From the IMG/VR virus record IMGVR_UViG_3300042197_002243: a stretch of 64,000 bases of DNA; one strand, written 5' to 3'. This document shows, in pieces, positions 9,941 through 18,338 of this stretch. Both the position numbers and the translations under genes were made by a program. How positions within the stretch are numbered: the first letter of the stretch is position 1; each line of letters opens with the position of its first letter. The notes beneath the pieces were generated by a model that did no database searches, was not told the origin of the DNA, and saw nothing but the letters and a program-made list of their open reading frames with translations. The stretch is from a virus.

Positions 9941-9954
9941 GTAACTTTTGTTAC
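9941..9954. promoter_or_regulatory. NtcA-binding site (GTA-N8-TAC)
   Basis: GTAACTTTTGTTAC palindrome about 25 bp upstream of the riboswitch 5' end. Confidence 0.7.
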
Positions 9955-10277
9955 CGTTCTATGTAACTCAGAGTATGATTCTGAGCATAGAGTTGTTGAA
10001 TGATTATATCACATCCTATTTTTGGGTTACATTCCCCACAAGTATAAACGTCCACCGCTGCCTTGCCTTCCTCAGGCCATGTGTGAATACTGATATGACT
10101 TTCTGACAATAGACAAATAACGGTGACTCCTTGCGGTTCAAACTTTTTTGAGATGGTTTGAACGACAGTGGCTCCACTAGCAGCCGCAGCATTTTCCAAT
10201 AAATCTATAAGGCAACGTTCATCATCTAAAAGCATGAATGAACAACCATATAAGTTTAGTAGATAATGCTTACCCAT
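9951..10277 (-). CDS. speD: S-adenosylmethionine decarboxylase proenzyme
   Basis: MGKH.L, F.PQGVT, LSESHISIHTWPE and DVYTCG motifs. Confidence 0.95.
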   Translation of the reverse strand: MGKHYLLNLYGCSFMLLDDERCLIDLLENAAAASGATVVQTISKKFEPQGVTVICLLSESHISIHTWPEEGKAAVDVYTCGECNPKIGCDIIIQQLYAQNHTLSYIER

Positions 10278-10455
10278 CGTCGTCTAATTCTTTAAGTAAA
10301 TTATTTACCAGAGTTTCCGTCCCATCCATAGTTTTAATTTTAAAAAGACTAGATCTTTGATATCGTTTAATTTTTTTATAAACTTTCAAAACTTCTTGAA
10401 GTTTATCTTTATCAATTGATACTTCAATTTTCTCTTCACTGAAACCTGAACTCAT
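10270..10455 (-). CDS. Hypothetical protein
   Basis: ORF coupled to both neighbours. Confidence 0.6.
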   Translation of the reverse strand: MSSGFSEEKIEVSIDKDKLQEVLKVYKKIKRYQRSSLFKIKTMDGTETLVNNLLKELDDDG

Positions 10456-10721
10456 TTTTTTGTTTTCTCCGTTTTAGCTTGCCACAATTTGGGATTTACT
10501 CTCCCATCAGTCCATCGTATATTCTGCAATCCTTCACGATATTTATCCCAATACATATCAAAGATATCAACCTGTTTGTTACAAATTACAATATCATAAA
10601 AAGTTTCCTCTTCAGAAATATATGTAACAAGATAAGAGTTTAAAGGCAGCGATTTATCTTTCGCTGCCGACTTTTCACATTTCTGATGAAGAACCAAACA
10701 CATCAGGAACGACCTCCCCAT
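10452..10721 (-). CDS. Conserved cyanophage hypothetical protein
   Basis: LP.NSYLVTY, DIFD.YWD and G.VNPKLW motifs; start may be near 10703. Confidence 0.7.
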   Translation of the reverse strand: MGRSFLMCLVLHQKCEKSAAKDKSLPLNSYLVTYISEEETFYDIVICNKQVDIFDMYWDKYREGLQNIRWTDGRVNPKLWQAKTEKTKK

Positions 10722-11188
10722 TGAATATCGGGGTAAGCTTCTGAGACAAGATCTTTCGTAATTTTATATTTAGATTGCAATTGCTTATCTTTTACAAGAC
10801 AAAGAACTTCTGCTTCGTCGGGATGAAGACCTTCGAGAATCTGAATGAAAATTGTTTCTCTACGGATACTTGGCAGAGTGTCATTACCACCTTTTACAAA
10901 ATTGTAAAAGTGCTTGAACTCTCGTCTCAATGATGAGTGGTCAGTTCCTAATGGACTTTCATTTGGTTTAAAAGGAACTTCTCCTGATGGGAGAACAGAA
11001 ATAACAGAATCATCAAAGTTCCAAATGAGTAGCGATTTCAACGCATCGTTCTCATACTCTTTCAGAACTTCAACTTTTTTTGCATTAGTTTTTTGCTTTG
11101 AAGCGAGATCTAGGATCTCATTCATAAATGGATTGGGCGGAAGTTTAACTTCAGTTTCAGTCGTCTTCCTCGTCTTCGTCGTAGTCAT
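10703..11188 (-). CDS. Conserved T4-like hypothetical protein
   Basis: LIWNFD.S..S.LP.GEVP and RRE..FIQ.LEGLHP.EA motifs. Confidence 0.75.
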   Translation of the reverse strand: MTTTKTRKTTETEVKLPPNPFMNEILDLASKQKTNAKKVEVLKEYENDALKSLLIWNFDDSVISVLPSGEVPFKPNESPLGTDHSSLRREFKHFYNFVKGGNDTLPSIRRETIFIQILEGLHPDEAEVLCLVKDKQLQSKYKITKDLVSEAYPDIQWGGRS

Positions 11189-11378
11189 AATCGTTTTCAA
11201 ATCTCACAGCTAAAATTTCATCGGGAATGATGTTTCCATTTGAATCAAACATCTCTGGGTGCGTATACACTGGCGAAGTTTGATAAAAATGTTCCTTTGC
11301 CATCCATCCTATTACACCACCAACAAAAAAGAACATGATTGAAACTAATGTGCCGATGGTAAGTGTTACTGCTAACAT
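11157..11378 (-). CDS. Small membrane protein
   Basis: N-terminal TM segment; HPEMFD..GN..PDEILAVRFE motif. Confidence 0.7.
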   Translation of the reverse strand: MLAVTLTIGTLVSIMFFFVGGVIGWMAKEHFYQTSPVYTHPEMFDSNGNIIPDEILAVRFENDYDYDEDEEDD

Positions 11379-11395
11379 TTTAGTTCTCCAGAGAG

Positions 11396-11620
11396 TTATT
11401 TGTTTCTTACATCAAAGTGAAACTCAATGTAGAAATGATACTCTCTGCGGAAAAGAGAAATCATTTTACCAAATTTCACTTGAAAAGTTTTTGGCTTTGA
11501 TGATCTCTTCCTCCTATTTCGTAGTAGTAACTCAACACCCCGATTAATTTGGGGTTCATTTCTATTTAGTTTGCTTTTTGCGTCGCCCGCGTCTCTTGTC
11601 ATGATTATACTTCCAAGCAT
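11396..11620 (-). CDS. Hypothetical protein
   Basis: INRGVELLLR motif; start uncertain. Confidence 0.55.
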   Translation of the reverse strand: MLGSIIMTRDAGDAKSKLNRNEPQINRGVELLLRNRRKRSSKPKTFQVKFGKMISLFRREYHFYIEFHFDVRNK

Positions 11621-11921
11621 CTTCTAAGATGCCATACAAATATTCTTTGATTTTTCTTGCCATTGGTTTTGGAATGTGTCCATAGGCTTCACGAAGTTGT
11701 TTGTGCATTTCATCAGCACCACCTTCAAGATAAGATTCAAGTTCCATTATAAGCTCATTGAGTTGCTGAGCAGTTGTGCTCTCAATAAATTCCTCAACTT
11801 CTACCTTTTTAGTTCCGCGAATTTTAAGATAGTCATAGAACTTCATTACAAATTGACCATTGAATGCATAATCAATTGCTTTTTCTATGTCAGAATAAAT
11901 TTCCTGAATGTTATTTTCCAT
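11562..11921 (-). CDS. Conserved cyanophage hypothetical protein
   Basis: EKAIDYAF.G.F and QLREAYGHIPKP.ARKI motifs. Confidence 0.7.
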   Translation of the reverse strand: MENNIQEIYSDIEKAIDYAFNGQFVMKFYDYLKIRGTKKVEVEEFIESTTAQQLNELIMELESYLEGGADEMHKQLREAYGHIPKPMARKIKEYLYGILEDAWKYNHDKRRGRRKKQTK

Positions 11922-12157
11922 TAAACCAGATTCTGCTCCTTCAGATATTGAACCGTATCGGTGCATCCACCGATGTGTTGATTATTTACAATCACTTGAG
12001 GAAAAGTAGATCCTTCTCCAAACTCCGCATAGAATTCTTCACGAGTGAAATCAGTATTCAGTTTGTATATGACATATTGCAACTCAGCCAATTGTAACAC
12101 CTGCTGCACTTTTGTGCAATATGGACATCCGTCTTTTGAGTAAACTGTAAACTTCAT
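11921..12157 (-). CDS. nrdC: Glutaredoxin
   Basis: CPYC active site, TFPQV and IGG motifs. Confidence 0.92.
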   Translation of the reverse strand: MKFTVYSKDGCPYCTKVQQVLQLAELQYVIYKLNTDFTREEFYAEFGEGSTFPQVIVNNQHIGGCTDTVQYLKEQNLV

Positions 12158-12192
12158 ATCTGTTTATAAACTGAAAAATATTTAGAGAAAAT

Positions 12193-12214
12193 AAAAGGAG
12201 GGTTATCCCCTCCC
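12193..12214 (-). terminator. psbD terminator
   Basis: GGAGGG/CCCTCC hairpin plus T run on the minus strand. Confidence 0.65.
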
Positions 12215-12220
12215 AGTATA

Positions 12221-13282
12221 TCACAGGGCATTGCCTCTGGGCAATACTTCTTCTGGGAATACAAAGTTCTCATGAGGTTGGTCTACTGGTGCCATCCAAG
12301 CACGAAGGCCTTCATTCAAGAGAATGTTCTTGGTGTAGAAGGTTTCAAACTCAGGATCCTCTGCCGCTCTGATTTCTTGTGAAACAAAATCATAAGCTCT
12401 AAGGTTAAGTGCAAGACCAATAATACCAATGCTACTGGTCCAAAGACCCATAACAGGAACAAACAACATAAAGAAATGAAGCCAACGCTTATTGCTGAAT
12501 GCAATTCCGAAAATCTGAGACCAGAATCTGTTGGCAGTGACCATCGAATAGGTCTCTTCTTCTTGTGTAGGTTCAAATGCCTTGAATGTATTTGCTTGGT
12601 CACCATCTTCAAATAGAGTGTTTTCTACTGTTGCTCCATGAATCGCACAGAGTAGTGCTCCTCCAAGTATACCAGCAACTCCCATCATATGGAAGGGGTT
12701 GAGTGTCCAGTTGTGGAAACCCTGAAGGAATAGAAGGAACCTGAAGATCGCTGCTACACCAAAGGAGGGAGCGAAAAACCAACTGGATTGTCCCAGTGGA
12801 TACATCAGGAATACAGAAACAAATACTGCAATAGGACCAGAGAATGCGATTGCATTGTAAGGACGGATTCCGACCAAACGAGCAATCTCAAACTGACGCA
12901 ACATGAAACCTATAAGAGCGAAGGCTCCGTGAAGTGCCACAAAAGTCCAGAGTCCCCCAAGTTGGCACCAGCGGACGAAATCCCCTTGAGCCTCAGGACC
13001 CCAGAGAAGAAGAAGAGAATGACCCATAGAATCTGCTGGAGTACTAACTGCCGCAGTAAGAAAGTTTGCACCCTCAAGATAGGAGGATACAATCCCATGA
13101 GTGTACCAACTCGTAACGAAACTTGTCCCAGTAAGCCAACCACCAAGAGCAAGATAAGCTGTGGGAAAAAGAAGAAGTCCAGACCAGCCAACAAAAACGA
13201 AACGATCTCTTTTAAGCCAGTCATCGAGTACATCGAACCATCCTCTTTGTGAAATTGGTTGTGAAAGTGTTGAAGAAGTCAT
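12221..13282 (-). CDS. psbD: Photosystem II D2 protein
   Basis: Unambiguous D2 sequence ([16 protein letters not shown] ... [10 protein letters not shown]). Confidence 0.99.
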   Translation of the reverse strand: MTSSTLSQPISQRGWFDVLDDWLKRDRFVFVGWSGLLLFPTAYLALGGWLTGTSFVTSWYTHGIVSSYLEGANFLTAAVSTPADSMGHSLLLLWGPEAQGDFVRWCQLGGLWTFVALHGAFALIGFMLRQFEIARLVGIRPYNAIAFSGPIAVFVSVFLMYPLGQSSWFFAPSFGVAAIFRFLLFLQGFHNWTLNPFHMMGVAGILGGALLCAIHGATVENTLFEDGDQANTFKAFEPTQEEETYSMVTANRFWSQIFGIAFSNKRWLHFFMLFVPVMGLWTSSIGIIGLALNLRAYDFVSQEIRAAEDPEFETFYTKNILLNEGLRAWMAPVDQPHENFVFPEEVLPRGNAL

Positions 13283-13303
13283 AACCTCCAATCGTATTTC
13301 TCA

Positions 13304-13337
13304 TATTTAGTTTACAATACTTTACAATAAAAGTCAA
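13304..13337 (-). promoter_or_regulatory. psbD sigma70 promoter with an HLR1 (RpaB) direct repeat and an overlapping late-promoter-like CTAAATA
   Basis: TTGACT-17bp-TAAACT; plus strand TTTACAAT-AC-TTTACAAT at 13311-13328. Confidence 0.75.
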
Positions 13338-13717
13338 TGAGTATTAGTGCTCAAATATTGAACTGCTCTCATCAGACCATCAATGTTATCTCCTAAATTT
13401 CCTATAGCAGTATTACATTGATAGCACAACCATCCTCTAAATTTTCCAGTTTCATGGCAATGATCAAATATTAGTTTCTGATCTGCCTTACCGCAATTAT
13501 CACAAGGAGTTCCTAATGGTGGTCTTTTCATTCCACTCTGCTCCATTAGTTTTTTTGCAGCAGAAGAATGAGCTTTACCACCAACTCTTCTACATTTTTT
13601 ACATTCACTTCTATATCTTACTGGATAAATTTTTCCATTAATAATTTTCTCATTGGAGCATTTATGAAATTCTGATAATGGTTTTTTAATACCACAAATT
13701 CTACATTCTTTAATCAT
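13334..13717 (-). CDS. Endonuclease VII-family homing endonuclease (F-CphI-like)
   Basis: N-terminal CxxC zinc finger; C..CG, DHCH.TGKFRGWLC..CN.AIG.LGD. Confidence 0.88.
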   Translation of the reverse strand: MIKECRICGIKKPLSEFHKCSNEKIINGKIYPVRYRSECKKCRRVGGKAHSSAAKKLMEQSGMKRPPLGTPCDNCGKADQKLIFDHCHETGKFRGWLCYQCNTAIGNLGDNIDGLMRAVQYLSTNTH

Positions 13718-14145
13718 TGATTTAAATACTCAATCATTTTTTGAAGTGTGTTTATATTATCTCCCACAAGACCCAGTGCGGTGTTGCAGTTATGACAAAG
13801 TAGTTTTCTAACCTTACCAGTGGTGTGACAATGATCTACAACAAAGTAATCACTATTATGTCTTCCACCAGGTTCTGTTGTATTGCAAATAGCACACTGG
13901 TTATTTTGCTCCACAATCATTACCTCATAATCTTGTTGAGTAATGCCATACATTCTTTTAAGTGCTTGCTCTCTTTTTACAATAGATGGAGTTGCAGATA
14001 CTCTCATTTTAGTGCATTCTTTACAATGATTATGTCTTGTATTTGGTGACTGTTTTCCACCCCTTTTATAAAACTCTGTGATTTCTTTGGTTACACCACA
14101 CTTGGTGCAGGTTTTGCTTCCAGTAGTTTGAGTTGGTCTTGCCAT
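13714..14145 (-). CDS. Endonuclease VII-family homing endonuclease (F-CphI-like)
   Basis: KTCTKC..K...EFY, YGIT...Y, Q...CAIC, VDHCH.TGKVR.LLC.NCN.ALG. Confidence 0.9.
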   Translation of the reverse strand: MARPTQTTGSKTCTKCGVTKEITEFYKRGGKQSPNTRHNHCKECTKMRVSATPSIVKREQALKRMYGITQQDYEVMIVEQNNQCAICNTTEPGGRHNSDYFVVDHCHTTGKVRKLLCHNCNTALGLVGDNINTLQKMIEYLNQ

Positions 14146-14177
14146 TCGTGTATTATATTCGTGTATTATTATATATT

Positions 14178-14208
14178 AAAAAAGGGACTTTTGCAAGTCC
14201 CCCTTTTG
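14178..14208 (-). terminator. psbA terminator
   Basis: GGGACTT/AAGTCCC hairpin flanked by A and T runs. Confidence 0.75.
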
Positions 14209-14230
14209 ATATTATTCAGTTTTTATTTTA

Positions 14231-15313
14231 TCAACCGATGGTTGGAGCAGTCAGAGCAACAGGAGTTGACTCGGCAGCCGCCAGGTCCAGAGGAAAATTG
14301 TGAGCATTCCTTTCGTGCATTACCTCCATCCCGAGTCCAGCACGGTTCAGTACATCTGCCCAAGTGTTGAGCACACGACCCTGAGAATCAATGATGGACT
14401 GGTTGAAGTTGAAACCGTTCAGGTTGAAGGCCATCGTGGAAACACCAAGAGCGGTGAACCAGATACCAACTACAGGCCATGCAGCGAGGAAGAAGTGCAG
14501 AGAACGGGAGTTGTTGAACGAAGCATATTGGAAGATCAGTCGTCCAAAGTATCCGTGGGCGGCAACGATGTTATAGGTCTCTTCTTCTTGTCCAAACTTG
14601 TAACCATAGTTCTGAGACTCTTGCTCTGTTGTCTCGCGGACAAGGGAAGACGTAACCAGACTTCCGTGCATAGCACTAAAGAGAGAGCCACCAAATACCC
14701 CAGCAACCCCAAGCATATGGAACGGATGCATAAGGATATTGTGTTCTGCTTGGAAGACGAGCATGTAGTTAAACGTGCCTGAGATTCCAAGAGGCATTGC
14801 ATCAGAGAAGGAACCTTGACCGAAAGGATAAACAAGGAACACCGCAGAAGCAGCAGCAACAGGAGCGGAGTAAGCAACACAGATCCAAGGACGCATCCCA
14901 AGACGATAAGAAAGTTCCCATTCACGACCCATATAAGCGTAGATACCGATAAGGAAGTGGAACACTACCAGTTGGAAGGGACCACCGTTGTAAAGCCACT
15001 CATCTAGGGAAGCAGCTTCCCAGATGGGGTAAAAGTGCAGTCCAATTGCATTGGACGAAGGAATCACAGCACCAGAGATGATGTTGTTTCCGTACATGAG
15101 TGAACCAGCAACGGGTTCACGAATACCATCAATGTCCACGGGTGGGGCAGCGATGAAGGCAACGATGAAGCAGATAGTAGCTGCAAGCAGGCAAGGAATC
15201 ATCAGAACGCCGAACCAACCGACATAAAGACGATTATCGGTTGAGGTGACCCACTGACAGAACTGTTCCCAAGTATTCGATTGTGTTTGTTGACGCGAAA
15301 GTGTAGCAGTCAT
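14231..15313 (-). CDS. psbA: Photosystem II D1 protein (intronless, GREWELS Glu130 form)
   Basis: Unambiguous 360-aa D1 sequence. Confidence 0.99.
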   Translation of the reverse strand: MTATLSRQQTQSNTWEQFCQWVTSTDNRLYVGWFGVLMIPCLLAATICFIVAFIAAPPVDIDGIREPVAGSLMYGNNIISGAVIPSSNAIGLHFYPIWEAASLDEWLYNGGPFQLVVFHFLIGIYAYMGREWELSYRLGMRPWICVAYSAPVAAASAVFLVYPFGQGSFSDAMPLGISGTFNYMLVFQAEHNILMHPFHMLGVAGVFGGSLFSAMHGSLVTSSLVRETTEQESQNYGYKFGQEEETYNIVAAHGYFGRLIFQYASFNNSRSLHFFLAAWPVVGIWFTALGVSTMAFNLNGFNFNQSIIDSQGRVLNTWADVLNRAGLGMEVMHERNAHNFPLDLAAAESTPVALTAPTIG

Positions 15314-15329
15314 TTTCGTTAAAGGGTAA

Positions 15330-15432
15330 GAAAGATCCAGGGGGAACTGGATAATACGGTATTCCCCACACCACCCTCCAGTGTGGGTATGAGAGACGTA
15401 ATTTATCCTCCCATAGGTCTCGGTTAACGGGA
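15330..15432 (-). ncRNA. Structured psbA 5' leader (PhotoRC-II-like RNA motif)
   Basis: GAGAC/GTCTC, CCCACAC/GTGTGGG and ATCCAG/CTGGAT stems upstream of phage psbA. Confidence 0.6.
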
Positions 15433-15460
15433 GTCTTAAGAAACGTTACATTCCTTAATC

Positions 15461-15496
15461 TTTATTTATCATAACATTGTCAGGAAATCCTGTCAA
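15461..15496 (-). promoter_or_regulatory. psbA sigma70 promoter with adjacent late-promoter-like ATAAATA
   Basis: TTGACA-17bp-TATGAT followed by AAATAAA. Confidence 0.75.
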
Positions 15497-16194
15497 GAGC
15501 CAATCATGTGTTCTTTGAGTTCGTTGATTTGCCCCTGCTGATGCTTGATACATTCTATCAGAAGGCCGATTAAACCGTTGTAGTTTACAACCTTGTGGGA
15601 TCCCATGTTGTTTACAAGTTCTGGCAATACCTTTTCAACGTCTTGTGCGATAACACCAACAGATGCCTTTTCGTTTTCAATCCAATTAAATGTAACACCA
15701 TTAATCTCAAATAACTTGCTGATTGGATTTTCTATGGTTTGTATATTTGTTTTTAAATTAATATCCGATGATGAGTTGAAATCGGTTGCGGTTATAATTC
15801 CAGAAACTTTAACATTTCCTGTAACATCCAATGCTGATGTTGGTGCTGTTGATTTAATTCCAACACTTGATGTTGTAGTAATACCTGTTTCACCTGTGGT
15901 CCACTGAGAAGAAGTTCCTCCTCCGCCACTAGCAGTTGCACTAATTGTGGCAATCCCAGAAAATTGAGTGATAGTAACATTTGCACCAGCATTCAATGAA
16001 GTAATGACACCGGTTAATGATGAACCAGAACCAAAGAACCTAGATGCAGTAACTACACCAGAAGCATTGACCCCAGTTGGAGCAATATTACCGAATGTAA
16101 TTGTTTGATTTGATGTAGTTCCCACACCAACAAATACATTATCAACAACCGTAACTAGGCGACCAAACTGCCCAAGTTCTCTATTATTAGCCAT
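15493..16194 (-). CDS. Short tail-fibre-like protein with C-terminal intramolecular chaperone (peptidase S74)
   Basis: G/T/S-rich fibre repeats; SSDINLKTNI, GVIAQDVEKVLPELV and VNYNGLIGLLIE motifs. Confidence 0.85.
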   Translation of the reverse strand: MANNRELGQFGRLVTVVDNVFVGVGTTSNQTITFGNIAPTGVNASGVVTASRFFGSGSSLTGVITSLNAGANVTITQFSGIATISATASGGGGTSSQWTTGETGITTTSSVGIKSTAPTSALDVTGNVKVSGIITATDFNSSSDINLKTNIQTIENPISKLFEINGVTFNWIENEKASVGVIAQDVEKVLPELVNNMGSHKVVNYNGLIGLLIECIKHQQGQINELKEHMIGS

Positions 16195-16208
16195 CTATAG
16201 TTTTTTAG

Positions 16209-16235
16209 ATATTTATGAAAGCAGAAATATAAATA
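16209..16235. promoter_or_regulatory. Divergent T4-type late promoters
   Basis: CATAAATA on the minus strand and TATAAATA on the plus strand between divergent ORFs. Confidence 0.6.
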
Positions 16236-16255
16236 CATCGTCAGCCCTATTCCAG

Positions 16256-16447
16256 ATGCCAAGAGAGTGGAATACTCCAATTCGAGAACCTTGGAATCCT
16301 GTCATTAAAAAGTGTCTTGATGCAATTGATGAGCACATCAAGAACTACACAAAAACAGGTGATGAGTGGCACTTATCACAAGCAGAAATATTAAGAAAGT
16401 ATGTAAAAGACTTGAAGGTTTGGATTCATAAGCAAGAAGGACGTTAA
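16256..16447 (+). CDS. Conserved cyanophage hypothetical protein
   Basis: PREWNTP.REPWN motif; late promoter upstream. Confidence 0.7.
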   Translation: MPREWNTPIREPWNPVIKKCLDAIDEHIKNYTKTGDEWHLSQAEILRKYVKDLKVWIHKQEGR

Positions 16448-16902
16448 GACATCCAGAGTTTTCCTTCTGCTTTTCTTCTACGAGCAAGACCCGCTTCTAC
16501 GTTTGAACCAGGATTACGGTAAAGATATAATGCATCAGGAACTTTAACCCACTCTTTGTTTTTAAGAACCTTGGTTATGGTATTGAAATTGGAAGAACCA
16601 TAAAAGGCCGCCCCCAAATTATAGGCAAAACTAAGAAGTGCTCCCTGTTGATTTTCATTCATTTCATTCCAATAAGGTATCTTAGATAAAGCAGGAATAA
16701 ACTCTTTCTTAATTTGATTCATTAAAAGGTCATCAGCAACCATTTGAGAAATTTTGTCACCAAGTTTAAATGGTTTTCCGTTGAAGTCTCTAGTGCTACC
16801 CCATCCTATGGTAATAGGTAGACCACCAGTAAGAGGATCTGGGTATGCTGATAAATGGCATCCTTCAAACTCCTTGATCAATTTAATACCAACTAACGGC
16901 AC
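16444..16902 (-). CDS. GH24 phage lysozyme domain (probably the -1 frame extension of the upstream peptidase)
   Basis: IKEFEG..L.AYPD, TIGWG, ALLSFAYNLG and GLARRR.AE motifs; GTG start has no SD and lies in a hairpin loop. Confidence 0.92.
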   Translation of the reverse strand: MPLVGIKLIKEFEGCHLSAYPDPLTGGLPITIGWGSTRDFNGKPFKLGDKISQMVADDLLMNQIKKEFIPALSKIPYWNEMNENQQGALLSFAYNLGAAFYGSSNFNTITKVLKNKEWVKVPDALYLYRNPGSNVEAGLARRRKAEGKLWMS

Positions 16903-16946
16903 ACTGTTAATTGGCGATGTTACTTTTTTGCGTCAAAAATTCTCCC
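16888..16946 (-). other. Programmed -1 ribosomal frameshift signal
   Basis: SD-like GGGAG (16942-16946), 12 nt, A_AAA_AAG (16923-16929), 7 nt, 10-bp hairpin (16888-16915). Confidence 0.8.
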
Positions 16947-17618
16947 CCACCCGTCATTACCTTTAGGACACCATCTACGAACAAGATCAGAACGCTTATA
17001 GATAGCACCCTTACCATTTGTTACAGGTCCAGTATAACCATCATTCAGGCTACCATACGGATCATTAACCACATAGTCTTCACCTTTCTTGCCGATGACT
17101 ACAACCATGTGCCCGCCAGTAGGAGCAGATAAAGAACCGCGATGAAGGATACCAATAACAACAGGTTTTCCAGCAGCAAGATTCTTATCAAGGTCATTAA
17201 AAGAAAGATTGTAACTAAAGTGTGACTTAATACCATAAGACGCAAGAACTTTGGTCTGAACTGTATGATCAGTTGTGTCACCAACTGCAAAGACTTTTTG
17301 AACGTAAGCATCATCTCCTTTAGGGCCTACTAAAGTTCCTGGTTTAAAGTATTCTAAACACATCGCACATGCAGATGAATTACAGGTTCTTTGAGCATCT
17401 CTGTAATTGTCTGTTTGAGGAAAAAACGGAACAGTTAAAATTCCTGGAACTTTTGGTGCTTCTACTTTGCTTCTAAAAATCTTTACCCAATTTGCATTAT
17501 CATCAAGCAAATCTGATGCTTTTACGAGAAGATCTTTTTCAAATTGCTCAACTGCCGCAACATGCTTTGGATTCTTTTCATCAAAATGCTTAAAGAAGTT
17601 ATGAAGATCGAATGTCAT
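16920..17618 (-). CDS. Peptidase C39-like cell-wall hydrolase
   Basis: L.VPFFPQTDN, TCNSSACAM (Cys), GHMVVVIG (His), VNDPYG (Asp); late promoter upstream. Confidence 0.85.
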   Translation of the reverse strand: MTFDLHNFFKHFDEKNPKHVAAVEQFEKDLLVKASDLLDDNANWVKIFRSKVEAPKVPGILTVPFFPQTDNYRDAQRTCNSSACAMCLEYFKPGTLVGPKGDDAYVQKVFAVGDTTDHTVQTKVLASYGIKSHFSYNLSFNDLDKNLAAGKPVVIGILHRGSLSAPTGGHMVVVIGKKGEDYVVNDPYGSLNDGYTGPVTNGKGAIYKRSDLVRRWCPKGNDGWGRIFDAKK

Positions 17619-17640
17619 TGACCTTGCCGAAACGCAAAGA

Positions 17641-17648
17641 TATTTATA
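17641..17648 (-). promoter_or_regulatory. T4-type late promoter
   Basis: TATAAATA about 22 nt upstream of the peptidase ATG, just past the prx terminator hairpin. Confidence 0.75.
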
Positions 17649-17678
17649 AAAAAAGCGCCCTTTCGGACGCTTCATATT

Positions 17679-18206
17679 TTAGGCAGTAGCACCAACTTTT
17701 ACAGTTGATTTGACATATTCTAAAACATTTTCAGGTGTCGATACTTCATATGGGTCTGTGTCCGCATTGTCACGCAGACCGTCCTCCACGAATACCTTTT
17801 CGATGATTCGATCATCCACGACCATAGCATAACGCCAAGACCGATCACCGAAACCAAGGTTAGACTTGTTGACAAGATATCCCATGGAACGTGTGAAGTA
17901 AGCATTGCCGTCTGGAATGAGTTTGACTTTCTCAATGTTCTGGTCCTGGGCCCAGGCATTCATCACAAACCCATCATTAACAGAGATGCAATAGATTTCA
18001 TCAATACCAAGTGCTTTGAATTCTTCATACTTCTCTTCAAATCCAGGCAGTTGATAAGCAGAGCAAGTAGGAGTGAAAGCACCGGGCAAACTGAAAATAA
18101 TCACCCGCTTACCATCGAAAAGATCATAAGAAGTGCGAGTTACAAATTCACCGTTCTCACGAAATTTAAATTCAACTTGAGGAATTTGATAATTCTCTTT
18201 ACGCAT
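17679..18206 (-). CDS. Peroxiredoxin (Prx5/type II)
   Basis: FSLPGAFTPTCS, SVND.FVM.AW and RSWRYAM motifs. Confidence 0.93.
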   Translation of the reverse strand: MRKENYQIPQVEFKFRENGEFVTRTSYDLFDGKRVIIFSLPGAFTPTCSAYQLPGFEEKYEEFKALGIDEIYCISVNDGFVMNAWAQDQNIEKVKLIPDGNAYFTRSMGYLVNKSNLGFGDRSWRYAMVVDDRIIEKVFVEDGLRDNADTDPYEVSTPENVLEYVKSTVKVGATA

Positions 18207-18217
18207 AGTCACTTCCA

Positions 18218-18337
18218 TCAAAATACACCAGGAATTACTTGTCCAGTGGTAAGATATGCGCCAACAGCGGCAACAAATCCAAGCATAGCCAGGCGTCCAT
18301 TCCAACGCTCAGCAAATTCGGTAAAAATTTTGTCCAT
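18218..18337 (-). CDS. hli: High-light-inducible protein (39 aa)
   Basis: MDKIFTEFAERWNGRLAMLGFVAAVGAYLTTGQVIPGVF; absent from the ORF track. Confidence 0.92.
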   Translation of the reverse strand: MDKIFTEFAERWNGRLAMLGFVAAVGAYLTTGQVIPGVF

Positions 18338-18338
18338 T

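Noticed and set aside
14144-14169. 13-bp tandem duplication ATTCGTGTATTAT before the EndoVII gene
   Set aside because: Real but only two copies; could be an insertion scar or operator, and nothing in the sequence distinguishes these.
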